Assembly (NCBI RefSeq): GCF_001194135.2 | Contig: NC_068991.1 | Coordinates: 2,727,642 to 2,791,641, forward strand | Direction of reading: 5' to 3' | DNA length: 64,000 bases | Source: Octopus bimaculoides | Taxonomy: Eukaryota | Part shown: positions 47,581-60,744 of the stretch, one piece after another | How positions within the stretch are numbered: position 1 is the stretch's first letter | How the letters are laid out: every line of letters starts with the position of its first letter | Notes under the pieces: generated by a model | Seen by the model: the letters and a program-made list of their open reading frames with translations, nothing else | Databases searched by the model: none | Told to the model about the DNA's origin: nothing | Made by a program: the position numbers and the translations under genes

Positions 47581-49426
47581 AAGAAGAAGAAGAAGGACGA
47601 AAATGAAAGGATGTGTCCATAGTGACAAGGAGCGAGGGGTGGGTGTAGAGCGAATATAAGTGAAGGGAGATGTTTAACAGAAAGAAAATAACGAGAAGGA
47701 AATGGTGAATTGAGAAAAGCGTTGCGTGAGAGGGAGGAAGAAGGAGAGTGGCTTTAATTTTGAAATTCCTCCCCTCCCAACTGATGATATTGCTGCGGTT
47801 AACGTTCAGTTTGGACGTCTTTTGATCGACACCTGAAGGGAAAATGCGAGCGAACAGTTGTGGGCGGAAGCATTTCAGCTGGCCAAAGTTGCAGATAGGT
47901 GGGTAGGAAGGATGGAGGGATGAGGTTGGTGGGAAATCTATGAAGTAAGAGGCTGGAGGAGGTAATAGAGAAGAAGTGGGAGTGGAAAGAGGTAATAGGT
48001 CTTCATATGGGACACGTAACCACACACAGGCTTCTCTCTTCTCCCTTCTTTTCCTTCTCTCTGGGCTGCTCTCTCTCTTTCCGACGAAGAACCATGATCG
48101 AAACGTCCTTTCCACTCCTATTTTTCCATCTAAAACACTGGCTGGCTGGCTTGCTGGCTGGCTGGCTTGCTGGCTGGCTGGCTTGNNNNNNNNNNNNNNN
48201 NNNNNNNNNNNNNNNNNNNNNNNNNNNTGGCTTGCTGGCTGGCTGGCTTGCTGGCTGGCTGGATGGATGGATGTGTAACAATAACCCCATCATCCCAGTT
48301 TATGGGTTTTAGATGACCGTTTTTGGTCATCAACTGATCTGAGCTGATATATTTTCTGGCCTTGAAGATGTCTTGTCTTTGGAATGCAAATTTAGCAGGA
48401 TGGATGGATGGATGGATGGGGTAACTTACAGACAGTCACACTCGTAGATAGATAGCTGGTATGCCATGTGGATATATTAAGCCATAATTAGATTAATTGG
48501 TAGATAAAATAGAGTGTGGGAATGGTGTCTTTGCAGTTAAATATTTTAGTTCATAGCAACGCAAGAAAGCGATATTAACTCGATGGTGAGATATGAAAAA
48601 TACATCTAAAAATAGCGGAATGATATAAAAGACATGAAAAGTTTCGTTACTGGTTTAGGATTTCATGTTTATGGATATTGACAGATAGCACAGGTATGTA
48701 TCTAGACAGAAAATTAATTTGAATTAAATTAAGAGCAGAAAGAGCTTTGAACGTGTTGTAAGCGCATTCGTCTTAAACCCCGTTATTAGATATGTTGTTC
48801 GTATGTGAGTTACCACATCAATACTTTAGTATATGAATTTCTATGAGTCCAGCTCACTGCGGTCGTTCAAAATTAGTTCTTTTCTGGGGATATTTTTTTC
48901 TGGAGAGAAGCATGTCTTCGTTTTCCGTTTTGATTTGTTGATAGGCTTCCTCGATATGTTAATCTATACTGGAACACTTACACTGGGGACGGAGGAATAC
49001 GACTCTGTAGAAATGGTCCGGGACCCTGTTATGAAGTTTTTCGTTTGTTATATCCTAAATAAACAACACTGCTTTTTCAAACAAATATCGAACTATTACT
49101 GCCCGACGGACCATTCTTTGAACTGATTGGACAAATGTCTAAGAGACCATGTTTCTGATAAGATGTTGTTATTGTTTTTGATGTTGCACGATCAATTTTT
49201 GACTCTTATCCGGCGCATTATCCAATCCCGAGATCAATGTCCCTCATCGTACTACACTGGGTACAGGAGGAGATGCGCGGGGAAGCCCCTAATGAGGCCA
49301 GTCTTACTTGTTGCGCTCCACACTGTCTTTTTTTATACCTATCTAACCTTATACATATATACTACACTAATTTATCAATACATGTATTTGTGTGTATTGA
49401 TATATGTATGTATGGTTGTATTGGTA

Positions 49427-49489
<63 letters not shown>

Positions 49490-50620
49490 TGGCACTCCGT
49501 CGCTTACGACGTCAAGGGTTCCAGTTGATCCGATCAACGGAACAGCCTGCTCGTGAAATTAACGTGCAAGTGGCTGAGCACTCCACAGACACGTGTACCC
49601 TTTGAATTACAGGCACAACAGAAACAGGAAGAAAGAGTGAGNNNNNNNNNNNNNNNNNNNNNNNNNNNNNNNNNNNNNNNNNNNNNNNNNNNNNNNNNNN
49701 NNNNNNNNNNNNNNNNNNNNNNNNNNNNNNNNNNNNNNNNNNNNNNNNNNNNNNNNNNNNNNNNNNNNNNNNNNNNNNNNNNNNNNNNNNNNNNNNNNNN
49801 NNNNNNNNNNNNNNNNNNNNNNNNNNNNNNNNNNNNNNNNNNNNNNNNNNNNNNNNNNNNNNNNNNNNNNNNNNNNNNNNNNNNNNNNNNNNNNNNNNNN
49901 NNNNNNNNNNNNNNNNNNNNNNNNNNNNNNNNNNNNNNNNNNNNNNNNNNNNNNNNNNNNNNNNNNNNATATATATGCACACATGTATGTATGTATGTAT
50001 GCATGTATGTATGTTTGTATGTATGTATGTAAACAACCACAAACACCGGGTCCATTATCACAGGACTGCCTCATCATCATCAGCAGCAGCAGCAGCACCA
50101 CCACCGCTGCCCCATCACTGATATCGCACAACACCGTTAATTAACATTTTGAAAACCATTGAGGACAAACACAAAGAGATGTCCGCTGCGAAAATAAACA
50201 GGGTGTGAGCGTATCTATCTTCGACTGGACAATTGGAGCAAATTGGCGAAGATGTGTTAGGGGCAACAGCATTGTTGAATGGACGAGGTCTGGTGGCGGC
50301 GGCAGCGGTGGTGGTGGTGGTGGCGGCGGTGGCGACGACAAGGACGTTTTTAAGGCTGTTATTTGTCTGACTGTTTATTAAAACTTCCATTAATCGATCC
50401 ATTAATCTAATTTATATACACAAGGGCGCGTAGATTACAAATACACTCATATACACACACACATACATATGTACTGAGAGATGAGTATATGTATTGATGT
50501 ATATACATAAGCACCACACACACACACACATATCACAGTATATAAATGCAGGCATATATTGTATATATACATCTGTGGACGCGTACATTTGTACGTGAAC
50601 GATTGTGCGCCATGTATACA

Positions 50621-50694
<74 letters not shown>

Positions 50695-51529
50695 AGTACC
50701 TAAGATGGTAAATACGTCACGCTTTGTCTTTTCTCGACTCAGATAAAATAATAAAAGCTGTGTGTATGTGCAATATGGTGTTAAGTACAATGGAAAAAAA
50801 GAAAAGATTACACTAAGATAGGCAGACCAATAAGATTGAACCAACGGCCTATCGGGAGCAACGAGTAAATAAGGTATCACAAGGTCGTGGTTTCGATTCC
50901 CAGGCTGGCACTAGGTTGTATTCCAGAGAGTAAAATACTTCATTTTATGTTGGTCCAGTCCACTCAGATGTATACAGGTTACTCTGTTCATCGGGGTGGC
51001 TTCGTTTCAAGGCTAAAACAAAGCGAGGAAGTGTATTGTGATTAGCGGTGTATAACAACATTTGTCAGCCCGATCGATATAGCGACAGAGTGATACAGTG
51101 ACGATATACTCACGTTCTGGGTTCAAACTCCGCCAAGATTCAGTTTGCCTTCATTCCTTTTCGGGGTCGATTAAATATATACATATATACGACGGGCTTC
51201 TTTTAATTTCCGCCTACTAAATCCACTCGCAAGTCTTTAGTCGGCCTGAGGCTACAGTAGAAGACACTTGCCCGAGGTGCCACGCAGTGGGACTGAACCC
51301 TGAATCATGTGGTTTGGTTGGGAAGCAAGCTTCTTACCATACCTGTACACGCGCATATACATTAGCATGTAATACAGGTAGATATATAGTTGTGTACGTA
51401 AGTGTATTATTTATACGTGTATGTGTGAGAATACGTCTATTATTATTTTTCTGTATCCATTTCTATCTACGTATTTGCATATATTTGCATATATATGTAT
51501 TGACAAATACTTACATACAAGTACATATA

Positions 51530-51923
51530 TATTGCGTTGAGTCAAATGTTTTGCAATATTTCGCTAACTTCTCTGCCTTTTTCGTCAATTCGTAACAAAA
51601 GCAGCCGAGAATTCAAAGCAGAGGCCACTGTGTGGCATCGTTTGATGTCATCGATCAGTTGGTTATTTAATCCCACGCTGATATCGGTTCTTCTTCGAGG
51701 CGAAGAACTCTTTCACTGAAGCTTCTACCTCCTCTTGGTTTTGAAGCGTCAGGAGTGCAAGAATTGATATCAATGTAAGATGAAAGAATTGGCAGTAAAG
51801 TGGTTTCAGATGGAGCAACACGACGGCCTCTACTTTGAATGCTAGCCCGCTTTTTGTTGTAATTTGACAAAGAAAGCAAAAATAGTTACCAAAATATTGC
51901 TGAAATTTCTACTCTACGCAATA
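51530..51923. mobile_element. Fold-back mariner derivative made of two inverted transposase 3' ends
   Basis: Termini TATTGCGT / ACGCAATA are inverted. The - strand reads FQNQEEVEASVKEFFASK..YQRGIK..HSGLCFEF; the + strand reads YQCKMKELAVKWFQMEQHDGLYFEC*. Confidence 0.8.
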
Positions 51924-52164
51924 TAAAGTTCCCGCTCGAATATTCTGAACGCTGCTCGAAAAATAAGGGATGTTACCTTAGTTTACTGGTAGTGAACAAC
52001 TGGCACCATAGTACATCTCCGGCGTTAGAAGCTGGGCAAAGGCAATGAAATAATAATAAGGATAATGATAAATAAATACGTAAATAAATAATCAATGGAT
52101 ATATAAATATTTAAACACACACCAACAAATATTCTTTCATATTCCTCTACACACCCACATACTT

Positions 52165-52229
<65 letters not shown>

Positions 52230-54060
52230 GTAAAGCTGCAAAGACATCACAAAAACCGTTACTTAGAGTTCCCGTTACTCTACCTCCTGTATTCGAGTAC
52301 TATTTTTTTCCACCTTGTTTCACATCTTTGTGCTTTCTCTGAAATGTATATATATATATGGAGTTTTCTATTGCTATTGCGTAATAAAATCGGTTCATTC
52401 TTTTGAATAACTCTGTATATCAATATATATATATGTATGTTTATATTTATATATATATATAATATAATGTAGGATAAAATCTTTATAAGAATTTATCAAG
52501 TAGTCAGCGTGAAAAAAAACCCATAAGGAAAAAAACCTCATCGTTTTTTTCCCATAAATATATATAATTTATANNNNNNNNNNNNNNNNNNNNNNNNNNN
52601 NNNNNNNNNNNNNNNNNNNNNNNNNNNNNNNNNNNNNNNNNNNNNNNNNNNNNNNNNNNNNNNNNNNNNNNNNNNNNNNNNNNNNNNNNNNNNNNNNNNN
52701 NNNNNNNNNNNNNNNNNNNNNNNNNNNNNNNNNNNNNNNNNNNNNNNNNNNNNNNNNNNNNNNNNNNNNNNNNNNNNNNNNNNNNNNNNNNNNNNNNNNN
52801 NNNNNNNNNNNNNNNNNNNNNNNNNNNNNNNNNNNNNNNNNNNNNNNNNNNNNNNNNNNNNNNNNNNNNNNNNNNNNNNNNNNNNNNNNNNNNNNNNNNN
52901 NNNNNNNNNNNNNNNNNNNNNNNNNNNNNNNNNNNNNNNNNNNNNNNNNNNNNNNNNNNNNNNNNNNNNNNNNNNNNNNNNNNNNNNNNNNNNNNNNNNN
53001 NNNNNNNNNNNNNNNNNNNNNNNNNNNNNNNNNNNNNNNNNNNNNNNNNNNNNNNNNNNNNNNNNNNNNNNNNNNNNNNNNNNNNNNNNNNNNNNNNNNN
53101 NNNNNNNNNNNNNNNNNNNNNNNNNNNNNNNNNNNNNNNNNNNNNNNNNNNNNNNNNNNNNNNNNNNNNNNNNNNNNNNNNNNNNNNNNNNNNNNNNNNN
53201 NNCCCAGTACTTCCCTTAAGCCTGGTATTTATTCTGTTGATCGTCTTTACTGAACCGCGAAGTTACGAGGACGTAAACACATCAGCAGCGGTTGTCAAGC
53301 GGTGGTGGTGGAAGGACGAACACAAACACACACATACGATGAACTTCCTTCAGTTTCCGTCTACCAAATCCACTTTCAACACTTTATTTGGCCCAAGGCT
53401 ATAGTAGGAGACACTTATCCATGCAGTGGGACTGAACCCGGAGCCATGCGGTTGGGAAGCAAACTTCTTACCACACAACCACACCTGCACCAATAAGATT
53501 TGGTCAGATCGAAGCAAACAATATTGTGACACTCGTCCTCAAAGCCTAGGCATTTCTGCCTGAGGGCCACTCAAAGGGCCAGTTAATCGGAGTCCATCCC
53601 ATGTAAGTGACCAAAATTACAACATTCCCCTTTGTGTTTCGATTCCCACCTCTTGCGGAAATCGAAACCGCACTCTTGCGATCGTGAGTGCACCATCCAA
53701 ACCACTTGTCAACGCGTCTTCGCTTTCTGTAAACAAGAGACAATGAAATCTTCTGAAGTCAAATTCTAGGCCTCCCAATCTTCAAATATTGTTGTTGCTG
53801 CTGTTGTTGTTGTTGTTGTTTCCACAGCTGCTGTTGTTGTTGTGGTTGTTGTTTGATCGGAGATTAACCCTGACCGAGCTGACGAATAACGAAAGGCATT
53901 CCGGATCTTTTAAAAATTCTTCCCAACCACTCCAAGTTTATTTGAGCCTCGGATTAATCAAAGAGGTCATGGGACGAACACACACAGGGGCAATGCTCTA
54001 CTCAACGCTTCAACACACTAATCGACTTATACCTATTAGTCCAAAATATTATTGTTGTTG

Positions 54061-54101
<41 letters not shown>

Positions 54102-54499
54102 GAACTGGCAGAATTGTTAGCACGCTGGACGAAATGCTTAGCGGTATTTCGCCCGTCGCTACGCTCAGAGTTCAAATTCCACCGAGGTCTACTTTGCCTT
54201 TCATCCTTTCGGGCTCGGTAAAATAAGTACCAGTGAAACACTGGGTCGTTCTAACCGACTGCAACAACGCACTGTGGAGTTCAGAGAAGAAGATGCGATG
54301 CGTAAGACATTTTGGTCGTCCACTGTATCTGCCTCTGGTCATCTTGGTCTGGTCTTTCCATTCAATTGAAGATGGTCACCGATGAGAGAGTGAGGCTGAC
54401 GGTGTGTGTCCTTCACGTTAAAGTCACCTCATAAATCATCAGTCAGCTTTGATGATGATAAGATGCTACTAACATGTAGTATAAACATGTAGGTGGTCT

Positions 54500-55027
54500 A
54501 ATAAAAAGAGTATGGGGTCTATTGTCATGGTAACGTAGCTAAAGTGCGCAAGTGAAGCCGCTTCGCTCAGATTGACCTTGAACTCTGTCGCGCATGCTCA
54601 CTAAGTTATAACGTTCTCGCTCACTTCCATTGTTTATAGCAGTGCTTGGAAGTAAAGTGTGTAGAGTGCGGTCGTCTCAAAAAGAAGATCAGGTTTCATT
54701 TGCGCAAGATCTCTTTGATTGTGTTGAGGATGACGAAAAGCTTTTGAAAATCGGACATATCAAGTGATGAATTGTGGGCCCATGGCTATGATCTTGAAAG
54801 CAATGATCAGTCTTCGAAGAGAGAGAGACCCCAGCCACCCAGCCACCCCACACGCTAACAAGATTTCAAGACGTTGAACAAATCCAAGAAAATGCGACGA
54901 AGCATCTTGAAATCAAAAGTCAATGGAAGGGGACTTCTTCAAAGGAGATTAGATACCAAACTGATATGCATTGTAGTTCTTTTTTTTTTATAGCTTTCGT
55001 CTCAATATGTTTTGATCTGACCTCGTA
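54500..55027 (+). mobile_element. Internally deleted mariner (irritans/Hsmar2-like) relic
   Basis: QKEDQVSFAQDLFDCVEDDEKLLK..SDELWAHGYDLESNDQSS (first catalytic D motif), then RFQDVEQIQENAT..GDFFKGD*, then a right TIR ending GACCTCGTA. The left boundary is approximate. Confidence 0.78.
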
Positions 55028-56044
55028 TATATATACGACTCTGCTTTCGTGCGTGTATATGTGTGTGTGTATATATGTGAGTGTGGGTATGTGTATGAGT
55101 GTTACGTTGTACAACAGATGTTCTTAAGTGCTTCATACGTTATTCTTTCCGGTTCTTCTCGTTGTTTGATAGGTCAGCCTATTGACCAATCAAATTATTT
55201 CAATGCAAATTCCTGCTTATCTACCCATCTACCAGATTATTTATATAGTTATCTACCTTTCCACGTATTCAACAGACATCTGTTAACATATCTTTCAAAA
55301 GGTACTCTATGTACACATACGCATGCACTCATACAAACATACATACATACATACATACATACATACATGCGTGTGTCAGTGAACAGGTCGCGGTCTCAAA
55401 GCGACGAAAATATTTTGACAAATTAAATTTAAATGTTGAAGTGAATCTAACGGATTTTGTGTGTTATTTTAAATGGCTTATAAACACCTTCCACGCTGCA
55501 ATTGTATATATATACATATATATNNNNNNNNNNNNNNNNNNNNNNNNNNNNNNNNNNNNNNNNNNNNNNNNNNNNNNNNNNNNNNNNNNNNNNNNNNNNN
55601 NNNNNNNNNNNNNNNNNNNNNNNNNNNNNNNNNNNNNNNNNNNNNNNNNNNNNNNNNNNNNNNNNNNNNNNNNNNNNNNNNNNNNNTATATATATATTTA
55701 CACATGCACACATACAGACAGACAGAAGCGTATATGCATACATGCACTAATATGTGTCTGGGTGTGTATGTATGTTTATCCCTCGTGTAAACAGGAAACT
55801 GACTCCACAGCAACAACAACAGCACCAGTAACAACAATAACAGCCACCGGGAAAAAACAAATTGGGCAACATCAACAAAAACAAAATGTGAATGACGCAT
55901 TTGACTGTGAGAAGTGGCGACTGGATTTGCCAAAGTGGACATGAATAAATTGCATCGGGCCATCCAGATCGTATCACGGAAGAATATTCTGTAGATCACT
56001 AGGTGGGAATAGCATAGGCTAATTATTATTATTATTATTATTAT

Positions 56045-56505
56045 TATATGTTTGACTTTTGCTTTGTATTTGTACAAGTTGACTCCAAGTCTCACCCAGA
56101 GACCTCAAGAGACAAGTTAGAAGTTCCTGTTGGTGTTATGACTAGGATAACATATATTTGGTTTTACACAAAGTATTGTTCTAGAGAATGTTTAAGAAAA
56201 CATTAAAATAAATTTACAAGTTTGTTTTAAAATTTGAGATTACTTAGACAGTATTTTACGTAGGATATGGGCAGTTCCCATGAGCACTATCTTTAGAACT
56301 TCAGCCATTTTGGGGTTTCCTGGTGTCCGAGCCAGGTAGTAATCAGGCCCTTTTGTTATCATTCCAAGGGCACCTATGACAATAGGTATTGTTTTAGTCT
56401 TCAGGTTCCACATTTTGCCAATTTCTATTTCAAGATCTTTATACTTGCCTAGTTTTTGGTAGGTCTTGACAGATACATTTATATCGATTGGGACAGCCAT
56501 AGCGA
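56045..56505 (-). mobile_element. 5'-truncated non-LTR retrotransposon with restriction-like endonuclease (R2/R4/NeSL-type) 3' end
   Basis: VPIDINVSVKTYQKLGKYKDLEIEI..IPIVIGALG..GTAHILRKILSK*, a 3'UTR, and (AAT)n on both sides. Confidence 0.82.
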
Positions 56506-56629
56506 TGAGAAGGCATATTATTATTGTTATTATTATTATTATTGTTATTATTATTGCTGTTGTTGTTGTTGTTGTTGATGTTGATGTTGTTGCTATTATT
56601 ATTATCGTTATTATTATTATTATTATTCA

Positions 56630-57065
56630 GTAGTTTTATTTTTATAACATACTTTCACTTCACTACCGAGCGCAGCTCTGTGCGCCTNNNNNNNNNNNNN
56701 NNNNNNNNNNNNNNNNNNNNNNNNNNNNNNNNNNNNNNNNNNNNNNNNNNNNNNNNNNNNNNNNNNNNNNNNNNNNNNNNNNNNNNNNNNNNNNNNNNNN
56801 NNNNNNNNNNNNNNNNNNNNNNNNNNNNNNNNNNNNNNNNNNNNNNNNNNNNNNNNNNNNNNNNNNNNNNNNNNNNNNNNNNNNNNNNNNNTTATCTCTA
56901 TTTCCAGGTCTTTGTATTTTGAAAGTTTTTCCATTTCTTTTAGAGAAACGTTGTCATCTGCTGGTATTGATACATCAATTAGAAAGCATTTTTTTTCTTC
57001 ATGATCTTTGACAACTATATCTGGTCTATTTGCCTTAATTTCTCTATCTGTGTGTATTGGCATAT
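56630..57065 (-). mobile_element. Second REL-type LINE fragment, interrupted by an assembly gap
   Basis: IHTDREIKANRPDIVVKD..CFLIDVSIP..EKLSKYKDLEIEI (PD..D/ExK-type motif). Confidence 0.82.
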
Positions 57066-57153
57066 CCCAGAGTATGGTTGCTTTCTCGTTTTCTGTGACC
57101 TTTTCTGGCGTGTGTTTATACCATCTTTTTTCTGTTGTATACCATCTTTTTTC

Positions 57154-57210
<57 letters not shown>

Positions 57211-57589
57211 AATCCCCACATTTTATGTCTGTCATTGCATTGTTCCCCTCGTCCGCCCGCCGCAACAACAACAGTCATAACAACAATAACAACAATAATA
57301 ACAATAATAGCTGTATTGCGAATGTGTGCAACAGCAGCAGCGGCAGCAGTTGCAATAACATGAACAATAACAATAACAACAATAGCAGGATCGAGAACAG
57401 AAGCAATAAACGACAACATCAAGAATGAAGACCTCGACAGCAAAATCGACAGGAGCTGATCAATTCTTACAGTGCAGGCCTATTGATCGTTGGTATGGCA
57501 ACCGTGCTTGCTCCATCCATTTTAGGGCTGCCTGGGGTTGTATTGGCCAACGTGTAGAGGCATGAGGAAACAAATGCAACATTGAAGTC

Positions 57590-58197
57590 ATTCGTATGTA
57601 AAGGGTCAGTGGGAGAGGGGGAGGAGGAGAGAGGGGGAAGAGAGGGGGAAGAAGGAAAGAGAGAAAGAAGAACCTGGGAATCAGATCTACACCATCAACG
57701 CCACAAAGGGAGAAAGAGGGGAGGGGGAGAAAGAGGGGAGGAGGGAGAAAGAGAGAGAGAGAGAGGAAGGGAGAGAGTTAGGGAGAAAGATAGAGAAAGA
57801 GGAAGAGAGAGAGAGGAAGGGAGAGAGAGAAAGAGTGAGGGAGAGAGAGAAAGCAAGAGAGAGAGAAAGAGAGAAAGTGATAGAGAGAGGAAGGGAGAAA
57901 GAAAGAGATAAGAGGGAGAGAGAATGGAGAGAGAGAGGGAAAGGGAGACAGAGTGGGAGATAGAAAGAGAGAGAAGGGGAGAGTAAGTGAGGGAACGAGG
58001 GAGAGAAAGAGGGAGGAAGAGAGAAAGAGAGAGAGGGAGTAAATGAGTGAGACAGACAGACAGAGACAGAAAGAGAAAGAAAGAGAGAAAGAGAGAGAGA
58101 CAAAGAAAGAGGTAGACAGGGAAGGAGAGAGGCAGAGAGAAAAGAAGAGAGAGAAGGAGAGAATATTTGAGAAACGAAACTCTCGTATCAATGCTAT

Positions 58198-58229
<32 letters not shown>

Positions 58230-58300
58230 GGGAGTGAGAGAGAAAAAGAGAAAGAGAAAGAGAGAAAGAAAGAGAGTGGGGAAGAAAGGAAGAGAGAAAA
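57590..58300 (+). repeat. Long polypurine (GA-rich) low-complexity tract
   Basis: About 700 bp that are almost all A/G. Similar tracts lie at 8440-8700 and 16700-16860, and a pyrimidine tract at 60670-60903. Confidence 0.9.
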
Positions 58301-58985
58301 CGAGTATGAAATAAGTGACAATGATGAAGAGAGAGAAAGAGAAGGAAAGACGTGGAAAGGATTTAAGCAGCTTAGTGTTGGGGGAAACAAAGAAAAGAGA
58401 GTCTTAGTTACGATTATGAGAGACAATATTGAACGTTTGTTTATTTGTTTGTTGTGTTAATAGACGAAGCGTGGCTTAGATAATACACTTAAGTAGGTGA
58501 AAGCATCGCTAATGCTCGCAACATCAATACAAAGGCTTAAGTAGGATTAAACAAATGATGAAATAAATAGATTGATTGGCAAGCATTGATTGGCAAGTAG
58601 GTAAGGGAAGCAACTTCGCATAGGTTTCACCCTCGTTATAAATCGTTCGTTGAAACGGCGAACGGTATTTCTAATCGTGCTGCAACTTGTTGAAAGTTTA
58701 GCAAAAGTGGGATCGAATAAGTGACGAGAGAAATATTTGTCAGGTCTCCCACCTCAATTCTTTTTTTCAAATCGGAAAGCATTCGAGGAAATTCTGGCAC
58801 ATGTTTCACTCTCGTTGGAATTCGTCAACGGAAGAGTTTGCTGTAACATGTTGAAAATCTGACCTAAATTTGGAATGAGATAAGTGGGCGTAGCTGTTTG
58901 GACGCTGATGACGTGGCGCAGCAGACTGTTTGGCGACACTTCGTTCATCCTGTTTGGTGACACTACATTCTGGCGTTGAAGGCAA

Positions 58986-59023
<38 letters not shown>

Positions 59024-59059
59024 GGGGGAGACAAGCACCTCCACTTAACTAAGCCTGCA

Positions 59060-59102
59060 TCCAGAGACATGTTTCTGAGTCTTTGCTCGTCATCAGTCTG
59101 GA
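59060..59102 (-). ncRNA. Minimal type I hammerhead ribozyme (Penelope-like-element type)
   Basis: UCCAGA CUGAUGA CGAG-CAAAGA-CUCA GAAAC AU GUC UCUGGA: 6-bp stem I, intact core, GUC cleavage triplet and palindromic ACAUGU stem III. There is a C-A mismatch at the base of stem II. Confidence 0.72.
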
Positions 59103-59639
59103 GTAGCAATGGCCTGCTAGTTGGAGATGCCTGTCAAGCTCTTGTAAACATATAATGATTCTAGTGAAACACATTCACTGATTTCCCCCTTGTAAACATA
59201 AGNNNNNNNNNNNNNNNNNNNNNNNNNNNNNNNNNNNNNNNNNNNNNNNNNNNNNNNNNNNNNNNNNNNNNNNNNNNNNNNNNNNNNNNNNNNNNNNNNN
59301 NNNNNNNNNNNNNNNNNNNNNNNNNNNNNNNNNNNNNNNNNNNNNNNNNNNNNNNNNNNNNNNNNNNNNNNNNNNNNNNNNNNNNNNNNNNNNNNNNNNN
59401 NNNNNNNNNNNNNNNNNNNNNNNNNNNNNNNNNNNNNNNNNNNNNNNNNNNNNNNNNNNNNNNNNNNNNNNNNNNNNNNNNNNNNNNNNNNNNNNNNNNN
59501 NNNNNNNNNNNNNNNNNNNNNNNNNNNNNNNNNNNNNNNNNNNNNNNNNNNNNNNNNNNNNNNNNNNNNNNNNNNNNNNNNNNNNNNNNNNNNNNNNNNN
59601 NNNNNNNNNNNNNNNNNNNNNNNNNNNNNNNNNNNNNNN

Positions 59640-59701
<62 letters not shown>

Positions 59702-60265
59702 GTGTATGTATTTATGTGAGTGTGTTTGGTTACGTATGCATTTATTTATATATATAGATATATGACTGTATAGGTGTGGTATAATAACTTATATACTCGA
59801 CTCTTGAGTAGATGTACATTACCTTTGGGGGTTTTTGAGAAATTTTATGATCTCTCTTCTCATTAAAAACTTAAGTATTACACAAACGCGCACATATACA
59901 AATATAACTATACATACATGCATATATATATATAGATATATATACGTACATGTATGTATAATGTCTGTAGGTGTATATGTAGGGATGTGTTGATGTATAT
60001 GCATTTATGCAAACATATGCATGTTACATTTGCATGTTTTTATGCGTGTCACATGAAACACGCATGAGTGCTCGTATTCCGTAAACGTACGCATATGTAT
60101 GTGTTATACACCAAAAAACGCAAACGCCTTTATGGCGCTTGTTTCCTACGCAGCTTCCCCCCCCCCGCTTCGTTTTCATCATCATCGTCATCATCATCCT
60201 CACTTCCACGGTGGCACTACCACCGCCGCCACCACCACCACCACCATCGCTACTGTCAACGCCTA

Positions 60266-60338
<73 letters not shown>

Positions 60339-60712
60339 GTTGCTGCTGGTGCTACTGCTACGGCTGCTGCTGCTAAGACCATAGTCTGTAGTACACTGTA
60401 GTAACAAGTAGCAGACGACAGAAGCACGTGCTTTTACGGATGGCGTGTAGTAGCAAGAGTGATGGTAGGAGGTAGTAAGAGTAAAGGAAGGGTAGGAGAG
60501 AGAAGGAGAGATAGGAAGGAATGAGTGAGTGAGTGAGTAAGGAGAATTGAGAGAGAAAGAGAGAGAGGTGGGCAACGGAGGGAGGCAGATATATTAAATC
60601 GTTTTCTATTTGAGGAACCGGCAGACAACAGGAAAACTCCAGAGTAACATATCGCCTCTTAAGCCGTTCTCTCTCTCTCACGCTCTCTCACTCTCTCTCA
60701 CTCTCTCTCTCA

Positions 60713-60744
<32 letters not shown>

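Noticed and set aside
47740-47835. Minus-strand acceptor followed by VSIKRRPN*, and a similar acceptor at about 53730
   Set aside because: Good polypyrimidine-AG sites, but no donors, phases or homology link them into a gene.
50115-50402. + frame with an internal TGA (..KINRV*AYLSS..), considered as a selenoprotein or readthrough
   Set aside because: No start or acceptor, no SECIS recognised, and it is embedded in trinucleotide repeats.
54290-54400. Possible RTE LINE C-terminal relic (GRPK..RIFFSEL) on -
   Set aside because: Similarity is too weak to support a call.
54505-54680. Apparent RFX X-box/NRF1/ETS promoter
   Set aside because: It lies directly upstream of mariner transposase remnants and is best explained as the inner left end of that element.
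57582-58426. SL/ER-rich ORFs, and HT/CV/YI/poly-I/poly-Y ORFs throughout the window
   Set aside because: Translations of microsatellites with no splice or homology support.
58754-58990. Protein-like minus-strand ORF (MNEVSPNSLLRHVISVQ...)
   Set aside because: No recognisable homology and no consistent splice partners; left unannotated.
59830-59865. Short similarity to about 62480-62510 (..LKNPQ..)
   Set aside because: Too short and A-rich to distinguish from chance.
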